A stretch of DNA of 64,000 nucleotides, taken from a virus (taxonomy: Duplodnaviria > Caudoviricetes). The first letter of the stretch is position 1, and every line of letters begins with the position of its first letter. Both the position numbers and the translations under genes were made by a program. The notes beneath the pieces were generated by a model. The model had not been told where the DNA came from. It worked only from the letters and a program-made list of their open reading frames with translations, and did no database searches. The stretch lies in the IMG/VR virus record IMGVR_UViG_3300020576_003530, positions 1 through 64,000 of that record. One strand, 5' to 3'. Of this stretch, positions 50,370 to 61,091 are shown piece by piece.

Positions 50370-52355
50370 ATGACAAATTTCTCATTATCGTTTCCAACAG
50401 CAGAGAACATCCTGTCCGAAGAGTTTCTATCTAAATATCGCGGTAAACAACCTGAATGGGGTTTCAATGGGCTCGGTTACATAGTTTATAAAAGAACCTA
50501 TGCTAGATTAAAAGAAGATGGTTTGACAGAAGAATGGAATGAAACAGTAGAACGCTGTATTAGAGGTGCTCAAAAAATTGGAGCCGGTTATACCGTAGAA
50601 GAAGCGGAAAGATTATATGATCACATGTTTAATCTACGTGGTAACATGGCTGGCCGTTTTTTGTGGCAACTTGGTACAATAACAGTAGATAAATTAGGTC
50701 TTCCTAGTCTTTGTAATTGTTGGTTTGTTACCATGCATGAGGCAGAGTCTTTCTGTTTCTTATTTGAGCATCTTATGTTGGGCGGCGGCGTTGGTTTTAG
50801 TGTTCAAAAAGAGCATATTTATCAACTGTCCAAAGTAAAGAAATTTTCAAAATCTATTCTTCATGAAAAAACTAAAGACGCTGATTTTATCGTTCCGGAT
50901 TCTCGCGAAGGATGGGTTGAGCTCCTAAGAAAAATTCTCCACTCTTACTTTGTAAGTGGTAAGGGTTTTACCTATTCAACTATTCTTGTTCGCGGAGCGG
51001 ATGAACCCATCAAGGGATTTGGAGGGACAGCAAGCGGTCCACAAATTCTCATCGATGGCATGAACAACATTTTAAACATATTCAATAGTCGTGGCGGCAA
51101 ACGTTTGCGTAGTATTGATGTTCTTGATATCTGTAATATTCTTGGCTCGATTGTAGTTGCCGGCAATGTACGACGTTCTGCTGAATTGGCTATTGGTGAT
51201 GCAGATGACAAATTGTATCTGCAAGCCAAAAACTGGTCAAAGGGAAATATTCCTAACTGGCGTGCTATGAGTAATAATAGCATCAACGCCGATGGCTATA
51301 ATTATCTTAGTAATGATTTTTGGTCAGGATATAGTGGCGACGGAGAACCTTATGGTATTACTAATATTCGACTTACCCAAAAATATGGGCGTTTAATAGA
51401 TGGACCTATGAAACATTCTGGTTTGTATCCTTTTAAAGAGGATCCTGCTGTCGGATTCAATCCTTGTGTTGAAGCTAATCTAGAATCCGGCGAACCATGT
51501 GATTTAGCCGAACTCTATCAAAATAGATTAAATAGTAAAGAAGAAATGTTAGATTGTGCTATTTTACTATATAAAGCACAAAAGGCAGCTCTCACTCTAC
51601 CGTCTATCTATCCGATTACTGAAACTATTGTACGTAAAAATATGCGTATTGGTCTTGGTGTTACTGGAATTTGTAACGACATCTCTAAGAGGGATTGGTT
51701 AGATTGGGTATATGTAGAGTTACGTAAATTTGATAAAGAATGGTCAAAACAACGTGGTTGGGCCGAAAGTATTAAAATGACCGTTATTAAACCAAGTGGT
51801 ACACTTAGTTTATTAGCTGGTTCATTTCCTGGCGGACATCCTGGTTATAGTGACTATTTTATTCGTCGAGTTAGAATGTCTTCGAAAGATAGATTAGTGG
51901 AAGTATGTCGTAATCTTGGATGTCCTATCGAATATCAAATTAATTTTGATGGTACAACCGATTATGCAACATCAATTGTAAGTTTTCCATGTACTGCTGG
52001 TGAAAATGCTCTTGTAGCGGATAACGTTTCTGCTGTTGATCAGTTAGAAATGATGAAGTATCTTCAGACTTATTGGGCAGATCAATCGGTATCAATTACG
52101 GTTTACTATAAAAAAGAAGAGTTGCCAGTCATTAAACAATGGTTAGAAGAAAATTACGAAACATCTGTTAAAGCGGTAAGTTTCTTACTTCATTCAGAGC
52201 ATGGTTTTAAACAAGCTCCTTATGAAAAAATCAGTAAAAATGAATACGAAAAAATGTGTAAGCACATGAAGCCAATTTCTTCTATGCACGCAGATGTTGG
52301 AGATCAACTGTTAGATTCCTCAGAATGTGTCAATGGGGCGTGTCCAGTAAGATAA
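50370..52355 (+). CDS. nrdJ: class II (adenosylcobalamin-dependent) ribonucleotide reductase
   Basis: 'SLCNC', 'GGGVG', 'VAGNVRRSA', 'NPCVE', 'KPSGT', C-terminal 'ECVNGACPVR'. Confidence 0.93.
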   Translation: MTNFSLSFPTAENILSEEFLSKYRGKQPEWGFNGLGYIVYKRTYARLKEDGLTEEWNETVERCIRGAQKIGAGYTVEEAERLYDHMFNLRGNMAGRFLWQLGTITVDKLGLPSLCNCWFVTMHEAESFCFLFEHLMLGGGVGFSVQKEHIYQLSKVKKFSKSILHEKTKDADFIVPDSREGWVELLRKILHSYFVSGKGFTYSTILVRGADEPIKGFGGTASGPQILIDGMNNILNIFNSRGGKRLRSIDVLDICNILGSIVVAGNVRRSAELAIGDADDKLYLQAKNWSKGNIPNWRAMSNNSINADGYNYLSNDFWSGYSGDGEPYGITNIRLTQKYGRLIDGPMKHSGLYPFKEDPAVGFNPCVEANLESGEPCDLAELYQNRLNSKEEMLDCAILLYKAQKAALTLPSIYPITETIVRKNMRIGLGVTGICNDISKRDWLDWVYVELRKFDKEWSKQRGWAESIKMTVIKPSGTLSLLAGSFPGGHPGYSDYFIRRVRMSSKDRLVEVCRNLGCPIEYQINFDGTTDYATSIVSFPCTAGENALVADNVSAVDQLEMMKYLQTYWADQSVSITVYYKKEELPVIKQWLEENYETSVKAVSFLLHSEHGFKQAPYEKISKNEYEKMCKHMKPISSMHADVGDQLLDSSECVNGACPVR

Positions 52356-52382
52356 AATAAATGTAATTTTTTGTTTAGTCCA

Positions 52383-52404
52383 AGCCGATTAACCTCGGCT
52401 TTTT
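52383..52404 (+). terminator. intrinsic terminator
   Basis: AGCCGA-TTAACC-TCGGCT hairpin followed by a T run. Confidence 0.55.
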
Positions 52405-52426
52405 CTATTTTGTAGGAATAGTTAAT

Positions 52427-52789
52427 ATGAAGATTGACAAACTAATCGAGTTGATGAATACTCCTATTGCATCATTAGGAGAATCACCCCTTATTCTTAA
52501 TTGTTTCAATCAATACTATTATAAACGTCATAATACAAGATCATATTCAGATCATAGGCCATACACAATTGTTTGTGGCTATGCTAAATATGATAAAACA
52601 ACAGACAAAACAACTGATATGAGTATTAAATACAACCCACATATTCACAATGTTTATGTTTTATACTCTATTTTATGGCATGAGCCGGATGAAATTCAAT
52701 CTCGATTTGATAGATTTATGAATAATGAATCTTCACTATTTTATGGTCTTTCCTATATTAAGACGGATCTAAAATTAAGGCTAGTATGA
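52427..52789 (+). CDS. MKI-leader family protein, subfamily C
   Basis: MKIDKLIELM; IVCGYA, WHEPD, GLSYI. Confidence 0.6.
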   Translation: MKIDKLIELMNTPIASLGESPLILNCFNQYYYKRHNTRSYSDHRPYTIVCGYAKYDKTTDKTTDMSIKYNPHIHNVYVLYSILWHEPDEIQSRFDRFMNNESSLFYGLSYIKTDLKLRLV

Positions 52790-53172
52790 AAATACAACAT
52801 CTAATCAATCACATACCTCCAATAAAAGGGTTCAATATATTGCCGATTAAAACACGACTCAAACTCGAAGACATCATAGTCTGTGCTGCATGGATTAATG
52901 GGGCGTTTGATTACTATGAACCTGACATATATGACATCGTATGTGGATACGGTCGCGTTATCTGGGAAAACGATCGACCATATTATATTGAGCGAGCCAG
53001 CACAAAATATTTCCCTAGTGCTAACCATTATCTTACCTACGATTCCTTCTGGTGTGATGAGCCTGATTTAAACGAACAGTTGCAAAATATGATTGATGAC
53101 AATGAATATATAAGTTTGGGTCTCTCCCCCATTCCCACTCAAACAATCAAGAGTATTCGATATGAAAATTGA
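52786..53172 (+). CDS. MKI-leader family protein, subfamily C
   Basis: MKIQHLINHI; IVCGYG, WCDEPD, GLSPI. Confidence 0.6.
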   Translation: MKIQHLINHIPPIKGFNILPIKTRLKLEDIIVCAAWINGAFDYYEPDIYDIVCGYGRVIWENDRPYYIERASTKYFPSANHYLTYDSFWCDEPDLNEQLQNMIDDNEYISLGLSPIPTQTIKSIRYEN

Positions 53173-53587
53173 TCAAATTATACAAACTCTAGGGCCAAGT
53201 AAATTTCCTATATTGAAGATTAAACACAAAATCGATCCTAATAAGCTTGATTTTTACGGTAGTTGGTACAAGGGAATTTGCGATAAAAACCAGTGGAAGA
53301 AAAACGATAACGATGGCGATGTCTTCTATTTCACAGTTTGTGGATATGCTCACGTGATCAAAGATGATGAGCAGTACGAAATTCTATCTGCCAACATCTC
53401 TTATTTTAAAGAAGCTAATGCCTATCTAACCTATTCTGCTTTTTGGACTGACACCGATTCCATGAGTGACCTTTGGAATAAGATCTCCACCAAACCCGTC
53501 GAGTTGTATTTGGGAGTTTCATACATTCCTGTTGGGTTTGAAAAAATTGTATACAAAAATAGTGATAAATTGATCTCAAGTTTTTAG
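53162..53587 (+). CDS. MKI-leader family protein, subfamily C
   Basis: MKIDQIIQTL; TVCGYA, GVSYI. Confidence 0.6.
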   Translation: MKIDQIIQTLGPSKFPILKIKHKIDPNKLDFYGSWYKGICDKNQWKKNDNDGDVFYFTVCGYAHVIKDDEQYEILSANISYFKEANAYLTYSAFWTDTDSMSDLWNKISTKPVELYLGVSYIPVGFEKIVYKNSDKLISSF

Positions 53588-53595
53588 GATTTACT

Positions 53596-54039
53596 ATGAA
53601 ATTAATCATTGCTGGTTCTCGTGATGTAAAAGATATCAAAGTATTAGAAACAGCCATTGAGCGGGCTGGTCTTGATCCTGCCTCTATTAGTGAGGTTGTA
53701 AGTGGTAAGGCTCCCGGAGTGGATACGCTGGGAGAGATTTGGGCTAAACAGCATGGAATCACGGTCACCCCATTCCCTGCCCTCTGGGATGATCTCGAAG
53801 GCGTTCCTGCTAAGCAGATTAAAACTAATAGTTGGGGCAAGAAGTATAATATCAAGGCAGGTACAGAACGTAATCAGCAAATGGCCGACTACGCCGATGC
53901 TGCCCTAATCATTATTAAGGATGGATCATCAGGATCGACAGATATGCTCAAGAGGGCCAAAAAGGCCGATCTTACTATCTACTACTTTATGTATGAGCAG
54001 TTATTAATGGAGGAGGGCGATGATACCCTCACACTATGA
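53596..54039 (+). CDS. SLOG/YspA-like (DUF2493) protein
   Basis: 'LIIAGSR', 'VVSGKAPGVDTLGE', 'AGTERNQQMA', 'GSTDM'. Confidence 0.8.
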   Translation: MKLIIAGSRDVKDIKVLETAIERAGLDPASISEVVSGKAPGVDTLGEIWAKQHGITVTPFPALWDDLEGVPAKQIKTNSWGKKYNIKAGTERNQQMADYADAALIIIKDGSSGSTDMLKRAKKADLTIYYFMYEQLLMEEGDDTLTL

Positions 54040-54404
54040 AGATTGCCAAAATCGTTAGTAAAATTCAAAGGCCTGCGACCAATTTGCAATATCTAGCGAA
54101 TAATCAAGTCCGACTACAAAATTGCCCCGTAATTTTGGAGTACGATACGCCAATTGATTTTGATTTTTGGACACCCGCAACGCATTCCAATATTGAATAT
54201 AAGGATCGTATGACAGGCGTGTTTCAAATATACAATATGTTTTGTCACGAACCCGGCCTGTGGACCAGAGTCTCTTCAAAAACACAAGCGTTATGGATAA
54301 GTTGTTATAGTAGTGGTCACAACGATTATAGTCCAGACTACTTCTATATCCAGTTGGCAGATGTTACTCATGGTAATAAGTTAGTTAATCTATCCTATCG
54401 TTAA
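54036..54404 (+). CDS. MKI-leader family protein, subfamily D
   Basis: MKIAKIVSKI; NCPVIL, DRMTG, FYIQL. Confidence 0.6.
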   Translation: MKIAKIVSKIQRPATNLQYLANNQVRLQNCPVILEYDTPIDFDFWTPATHSNIEYKDRMTGVFQIYNMFCHEPGLWTRVSSKTQALWISCYSSGHNDYSPDYFYIQLADVTHGNKLVNLSYR

Positions 54405-54420
54405 AAGGCGTACTCATACT

Positions 54421-54795
54421 ATGAGAATTGATAAAATCATCGATAAGTTAACACTACCAATCTTTGATGTAGTCTTTCTTCCTAATCATCAAATCCTTCT
54501 TCACAATTGTCCTGTTATTTTAGGTCATCATCCACCATTAGATTTTGCCTTTAGCGATCTTGAATGTCATAAAAAGATTAACTATACTGATCGCCTAACC
54601 GGGATGTATAAAATCTCGTTTTATTACTACCATCTCGGACATAGTTTGTGGCATACAACTGAGAGCTGGGATCCTCGTACGGTTTGGATTGCAGGATACC
54701 GTCGCGAAGACCAAGATACTTCCGATTTCTATATCCAACTGAAAGATGTTAATCTGGTTAATGAAGAACGTAAAATGTCATACTGTCTAGCCTAA
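54421..54795 (+). CDS. MKI-leader family protein, subfamily D
   Basis: MRIDKIIDKL; NCPVIL, DRLTG, FYIQL. Confidence 0.6.
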   Translation: MRIDKIIDKLTLPIFDVVFLPNHQILLHNCPVILGHHPPLDFAFSDLECHKKINYTDRLTGMYKISFYYYHLGHSLWHTTESWDPRTVWIAGYRREDQDTSDFYIQLKDVNLVNEERKMSYCLA

Positions 54796-54863
54796 AAGTA
54801 CTCACCGTTCCTAAATCTATGATTTGCCCAGCCTAGTATCCCTCTTACTGTGTATAAAATGCT

Positions 54864-55577
54864 ATGAAGACTACCTTAAAATCCCTGATATTGAGTACTT
54901 TAATAGTCTCTGCCGTCTTTCTCTCGTCCTGTGCCGACATTAATCGTGTCCGTGGCGGCAATATCAAGGTAGAACAGACTAGTAAGATTGCCAATCCCGG
55001 CAGTCCTATTGATAAAAATCCGCCCAAAACCTATACTGTAGAAGTAGAGCAGCCGGATAATGCCAAGCAACCAGCAGAAATTCATATCCAGTTTGCTCCA
55101 GATGGCACCCCATCAGTCTTTGATGTGACGACTGGAACGACTCAAGATGTTGCCGGATTACTGTCCGCGGTTTCCAAGGTAAATCTGCTCAACCCATTAA
55201 TTTGGATTGGGGCGGGATTAATTGTTATGGGTGTTGTGTTAGCAGTTGTGATCAAAAAACCTACTTGGGGATTGTATGCAGGGGGAACGGGTGTAGGACT
55301 GATCGTGGGATCATACCTTCTTGCCCAGTATAGCGGAATCTTCCTAATTGTCGGTCTAATTGCAGTCCTCGCCTTTGTTGGCTTCTTTCTGTACGATCAC
55401 TTTGTATTACGGAGAGCTAATCTCGAGAATATTGATGTGGTTGATGAGCTTAAAAAGTATCTCGATCCCTCTGACTTAAATCGACTATTCCTCGATAAAG
55501 ATGCTACGGTTAAAAAGATGCAATCTAAAACTACTCAAAAGGTTGTCAAAACCGTCTTAGATAAAAAAGTAAAGTAA
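54864..55577 (+). CDS. putative lipoprotein with three TM helices
   Basis: signal peptide with lipobox 'LSSC'; three hydrophobic segments; GTGTAT motif upstream. Confidence 0.55.
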   Translation: MKTTLKSLILSTLIVSAVFLSSCADINRVRGGNIKVEQTSKIANPGSPIDKNPPKTYTVEVEQPDNAKQPAEIHIQFAPDGTPSVFDVTTGTTQDVAGLLSAVSKVNLLNPLIWIGAGLIVMGVVLAVVIKKPTWGLYAGGTGVGLIVGSYLLAQYSGIFLIVGLIAVLAFVGFFLYDHFVLRRANLENIDVVDELKKYLDPSDLNRLFLDKDATVKKMQSKTTQKVVKTVLDKKVK

Positions 55578-55830
55578 GATCGATAGGTTAAATCTACAAA
55601 TCACCTACCCGTTCCTCCCATGAACAAACAAGAAACACTAGCTGTCGTTTTACGCTACTTGTTGAATTGCCGATCTAATCGCGAGCGATTAAATTTCTTT
55701 GCCGCTCTTCGCGAAGAGTACTGTATAAATTGCGGCGAACTTACCGGTGGTGATCAGTGCGGATGTCGTGATGAGTATGATTTTGAAGGACTTGACGAGC
55801 AGGCTAAATAGATTTCTCCCCATTCCTACT

Positions 55831-56133
55831 ATGATATATGAATTTAGACATCCAGATGGAAGATTAGTTGAAGAGTCCTTTCCAATCGGAACCTGTCCTG
55901 AAAGAATTATCGTTGATGGAGTTGTGTGCGAACGCCATTTTTCTGTACCGATTGTCCTCATGGAACCCAGTAAGCCTAAGACGATTGGTGCGTTGGCCGA
56001 TAAGAACGGACGAGAAAAAGAAAAGCGAGAAGGTAAGAAAGATGTCAAGCCTCGCAAGAAGATTGATATGAGTCTGGCTAAAATGACTGCTGCCCAGAAA
56101 GATCATTACATCAGAACAGGTGAAAAGAAATAA
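55831..56133 (+). CDS. FmdB-like small protein
   Basis: 'MIYEF', 'PKTIGALADKN', 'MTAAQKDHYIRTG'. Confidence 0.4.
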   Translation: MIYEFRHPDGRLVEESFPIGTCPERIIVDGVVCERHFSVPIVLMEPSKPKTIGALADKNGREKEKREGKKDVKPRKKIDMSLAKMTAAQKDHYIRTGEKK

Positions 56134-58154
56134 GATGGACTGGAATAAGGACTTAGTCCTCACGCTTAAATGTCGTTCTTGCAATAAGAAATTGCTTAAT
56201 ATCCTGAAATATAAAGACACCGATCTTGAGACCAAGATTAAGGCAACCTGTCCATTTTGCGACGACGAATCGGTAGTTCATACTATTAAAGGGGCTGTCT
56301 ACCACGGTCCCATTACAGAGGAAGAATCAGTGAATCAGACCCAGATCTACGATATTGATATGGCAGATACTTCCGACATTATTACCTTCATCATGAGAAA
56401 GAAATAAGCAAGATATGAAAGCACAGCCCGGCGATATTCATAAAATTAATGCAAGCGAAATTGATGTAAGTTCTAATGCGGCCCTCGGTCCTTATCATCG
56501 AACAATCATTGATGATCAAACTTATGCGGCCTCGCTGCCTAAAACTCTTGGCACTCAATTCTATATCAAGGTCAATCTGCAAAATTCGGCCTGGGATTTG
56601 TTCGATCCGTCCTTCATTAGTAAAGCGACCAATATGGGTCGGTCGTTTGGACGTCCGGACAGATTTCTTCAGGTTAATGAGACCATTTATGCTAACTATC
56701 TAAATTACCTCGAAAGTAAGAATAAGAGTCATCTGGCCAAAGTAAATCAGGCTATCAAGAATGGTGGGTATCGATTGATTAATACGGACCTGTAAAAATG
56801 AATACCAAAGAGACCTTCCAAAAAATTATGGCCTCGCACGTAGGATTGGCGGCTAAAAACGATCAAGACCACATTAAAATTCCACTCAGCGATGTGCGTC
56901 ATTTAATCGATGTGGTATATGCCTCATATTATGAGGGAATCTTAGAGGGTCGTATGGATTCTCAGTCTCTTAATAGGGTTGAAAAAGACATTTATGCTTT
57001 AAGTGAAAAATATCCGAAAGGACTCTTTAATGAACGAAACTGATTATGATCTCAAACATGCAGAGGCTCCGCAACCAATCGAGGATATGGAAGAGCTGTG
57101 GGAGATTCTACATGGTTCAAACAAGAGATTTATATCTGTTCAGCATAATGAAGAGGGTGGTAAACACGATTGTACCTATCACTCTATTTTACTTCAACAT
57201 GTCAAAACCGGCAAATATTATGGTTTTGAATACGAGCAAAGTTACAACAACGGGTTTGATCCCGGTGACTGTATTACCTATCCCCTCACTCTAGATGAGG
57301 TCGAAGTCACGCCCGTTCAAACCTTTACTTGGAAGGTAAAGAAAGCCTAAGTTCGAACTCTCCACTATGCTATACATTGCTGCCAAAATGTCTGATGGGT
57401 TTTTTACTCACTTTCCCACAAATCACACTTCTCGCTGGTTAGAGTTAGATCAGCGAGACATTCAGGAAGTATGTCTAACCAAAGAATCTCAGCATCTTGA
57501 TCGGTTTGATCAGTACGAGGGAGTCCGGTTTGATGCCTGCGAAGGATGTCAAGGATTTGTGCTGATTAAAAAGATTGTGGCGGACTTCTTTGGTAATTGT
57601 GCCCATTTGGTCGGAATTGGCAAGATCATTCATAATAAGACTGTAATTCTCTACTACAATTCAGACTTACAAGGTATTGAATCGGAGCAACGCGAACTTG
57701 GAACCTGCAGCAACACCATTGTCAGAATCGGAACTCAGTCCATATATATCGATGATCGTGCCCGGTTTGAAGGTTGATGCTAGTAATTACATTACTGAGA
57801 TATTTATACTGAGACAGGCCAAGGCTCGTAAGTCTAACATTCCTCCTATTCCCTTTTGGCAAAAGCAGTATAGTGAAGGGTATGAGAAGCTGACCGAGTC
57901 ATATGTATATGAATTGACTCAGGTCAAAAAGATGTTGAAAGTGTTCTGTCCAGAAGTCCTCGTTCGATACTTTCAAGGCAGTAAATGGCCGTCGCTTCGC
58001 TATCTAACGAAGGAAAATCTGGCCATCGTAGTTACCGATCTGTTTAAAGCCCAAATCAAATATATCGGGACTATTGAAGAAATTAAGAAGTCCGACTTGG
58101 AACGTCAGGTTAACAAGGTCGAGTATATTGAAATCGTTCGAGCAAAAGCAAACA

Positions 58155-58604
58155 ATGCAATCGGAAAAGGGTTATAAGCGAATTGGCTGGGATGAGTACT
58201 TTATGCGGATGGCATTTCTGGCTGCACAGCGTTCGCCCGACTCCCAAACGCAGCACGGCTGCGTGATTGTTGATGAGCAACATAGAGTTATCTCCACCGG
58301 CTATAATGGATTTCCCGCTGGCATGAGGGATGCCGAGCTACCAAATGTTCGTCCTGCCAAATACGCCTTCATTATTCACTCTGAGGTCAACGCGGTCATT
58401 TCTGCCAAACAGCCACTCAGTCAATGCAAGGCCTACATTACTGGTCCACCATGTAACGAATGTCTAAAAGTCCTCATTCAAGCTGGTATTCGCGAGATCA
58501 TTGTCGGTGATCGCGATCACATCAAGCCCGATAACTACGAAGCCGTCCAGTCCGTCCTGCTAGAGCATACAAATACTACAATTAGAAAGTTCACCTTTAC
58601 ATGA
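58155..58604 (+). CDS. dCMP deaminase
   Basis: 'WDEYFM', 'TGYNG', 'HSEVNA', 'PCNEC'. Confidence 0.9.
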   Translation: MQSEKGYKRIGWDEYFMRMAFLAAQRSPDSQTQHGCVIVDEQHRVISTGYNGFPAGMRDAELPNVRPAKYAFIIHSEVNAVISAKQPLSQCKAYITGPPCNECLKVLIQAGIREIIVGDRDHIKPDNYEAVQSVLLEHTNTTIRKFTFT

Positions 58605-59614
58605 GCGAGTTACTTAAATGGATCGAGAAGGATTTTGGAGAAGTTTGCCACACTGCTATGGAAACTGCAGAGTATGAGGGTGATTTCATCCCAACCACCC
58701 TTTCCATGGATATTGCCCTGTATGGTGGTCTGAAAGAGGGCACCATTACGAGTCTGGCTTCCGCTCCTAAATGCGGCAAGACTACTTGGTCGCTGACGGT
58801 GGCAGCTAACGCTCAGGCTATGGGCAAGACCGTCTATTATGCGGATGCTGAAAATCGTTTGGAAAATAGTCTGCTTGACTCGATTCCTGGTCTGGACAAA
58901 TCTAAGTTACTGATCATCCGGTCGAGTCTCGATAAGGTGCTGTCGGCCGAAGACTATCTGAATATCCTCGAGAGAGCCCTAAAGGACGATCCGGGCTGTC
59001 TCTGCATCGTCGATTCGGTGGCGGCAATTTGCCCCGAGGCCGAGCTTGGAGAGGCTGTAAGGGGTAATAATCGATCCCAGACGCCCAAGATCATGTATAA
59101 CTTCCTGCGAAAAATTGCTCCGATTATGAGGCCCACCCGTTCCAGCCTCATCCTCATCACTCATATGCAGGCTAATACTTCTGGCTATGGAGCTAGCAAG
59201 GTTCAGGTTGGTGGTAATGGAATTGAATTCTTTGCGTCCAACTGGTTGGTCATCAAGAAGGTCGAGAAGATTGACGATCCTAAGACCGCCAAGGAAATTG
59301 GTAAGAATAGCCAGTTTGAGGTCAAGGCGGCTGCGTGTGGTGCCCCCAATGGCGAGCCAACAATTTATGTGAGGTACGGTCTTGGCTGCGATAAGTATGA
59401 GGACATCATTGGGTTGAGTCAGGATCTAGGTTTCCTCAACAAGGCTGGTGCGTGGTTTAACTTCTCTGAGGACCTCCTCAAAGATGAAAAGGGTAAGCCT
59501 GTTAAATTCCAAGGTGGCCCGGCTGTCCGTGAGTACTTAGTTAAGAATCCCGAGTTTTACAAGCTACTCGATACTAAAATTCGCGAAATTGCTTTGCCCA
59601 AAAAGAAGGGATAA
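58601..59614 (+). CDS. recA: RecA/UvsX-like recombinase
   Basis: 'DIALYGGL', Walker A 'APKCGKTT', 'DAENRL', 'IVDSVAA', 'GGNGIEFFAS', 'KAGAWF'. Confidence 0.9.
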   Translation: MSELLKWIEKDFGEVCHTAMETAEYEGDFIPTTLSMDIALYGGLKEGTITSLASAPKCGKTTWSLTVAANAQAMGKTVYYADAENRLENSLLDSIPGLDKSKLLIIRSSLDKVLSAEDYLNILERALKDDPGCLCIVDSVAAICPEAELGEAVRGNNRSQTPKIMYNFLRKIAPIMRPTRSSLILITHMQANTSGYGASKVQVGGNGIEFFASNWLVIKKVEKIDDPKTAKEIGKNSQFEVKAAACGAPNGEPTIYVRYGLGCDKYEDIIGLSQDLGFLNKAGAWFNFSEDLLKDEKGKPVKFQGGPAVREYLVKNPEFYKLLDTKIREIALPKKKG

Positions 59615-59624
59615 CTGTCCTACA

Positions 59625-60020
59625 ATGAAAGTTCGTGGTATAGACGATAAGGAATACAAGTTTCCGGTCGATCGCTCGGCTTATCCGCTCAGAAGCGAGG
59701 CAGGATGTCGTTCAGGGGTACAATACAGGTGTGGGCAGGTTCTTGCCTCCATCTATCCGTTTGATCCGATTCTAGAAGATGTGCCGGTTCCTCCGCGTGC
59801 CCAGTTTTATCTCGACTTCTGGTTGCCCAAACGTAAGTTGGCTATTGAAGTTCAGGGCGAACAGCACACAACCTATACTCCCTTCTTCCATGGGACTAAA
59901 GATAAGTATTACAGAGCCATGTCGAGGGACAGGGATAAATTGGCTTTTTGCGAGAAGAATGACATTACTCTCTACTGCGTTGACTCTCCAGAACAACTAA
60001 AGGAACTTCTACTTGGATAG
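59625..60020 (+). CDS. PD-(D/E)xK-like endonuclease
   Basis: 'LDFWLP...AIEVQGEQH...RDRDK..FC'. Confidence 0.75.
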   Translation: MKVRGIDDKEYKFPVDRSAYPLRSEAGCRSGVQYRCGQVLASIYPFDPILEDVPVPPRAQFYLDFWLPKRKLAIEVQGEQHTTYTPFFHGTKDKYYRAMSRDRDKLAFCEKNDITLYCVDSPEQLKELLLG

Positions 60021-61091
60021 GTATGATTTAAAAGGTATTGCTGAAGGAATTGAGATCAAGCGTTCGGAGTTTCAATTCCCTAAAATCAGTCCACCCGTCA
60101 ATATTCAGATCATTATGAATCATGTGCAGCAAGGCCAGATTACGACCTTCGATTCGGTCACCCTGTATGGCTTTGCTGTTGAACTTGCTCAGTATGCTCT
60201 TTACTTGGCCATCGAAATTAATCGATTGCAGGCCAAGGCTAAATGTCTCGAGTCCAACCTCAAGCATATTGTGGGCAAGAATCTCGAAAACGCCGTAGGC
60301 TTTACCTTCCAAGAGAAGGATCATTCGATTAGAGCTAACGACAATTTAGCTGCTCAATATGAAGAGCAAAAACTTGCTCTAAGTGCTCAAATTGACACTT
60401 TCAACTTCGTCGATCGTAAGGTAAGTTTTGTGGCCGAACTCATTAGAGATTTGGCTCGCAATAAGGGTATGCAGCGTTTAGATGTCTAAGATAGGTCAGA
60501 AATCAGTCACAAGGTATTTTTCACTATGAGTAATCCATTAGAAATGATCAAAGAGGGACTTCAGGCTGGCAATCTTCAGCAAATTGCTGACGGTTATGCC
60601 ATGATGACGGGACAGAAAATTAGCGTTCCCAGCAGTACTGTTGTTGCCCCGCCCACCATTAATATTCCCGGCGTAGGTGTCTACACTATTACTGGTGAGG
60701 TTGCTCCCGCCAATACTCCTACCGTTCATACCGGCCATATGGCTCAATCTATTGCTTCCCGTCCATATAGTCAACCAGCAATTAGTGATTCGCCAGATTA
60801 TGTAACGGTAAGAACGCCTAAAAACAACGCTTCTAAAATGCAGATCTGGGAAGGGGATACTGAACCGGTCGATCCTAAGGAAGAGGCCATCCGAGAGAAA
60901 CTTAACCCTACCCCTCGTACTCGCGATGAGTACGTGCCCAACTTTGTTAAGTGCTCTAACGCTAGCTGTCATGAACTAGTGGACGCAAACAAGCCGGGCG
61001 GCAAGGTCATTATTGATGGCAGTAGTAATCCCGTCCACTATTGTAACAAGCACGTTTGATGTAAGAATTTAATTCAAGGACTTTCTCCCTC

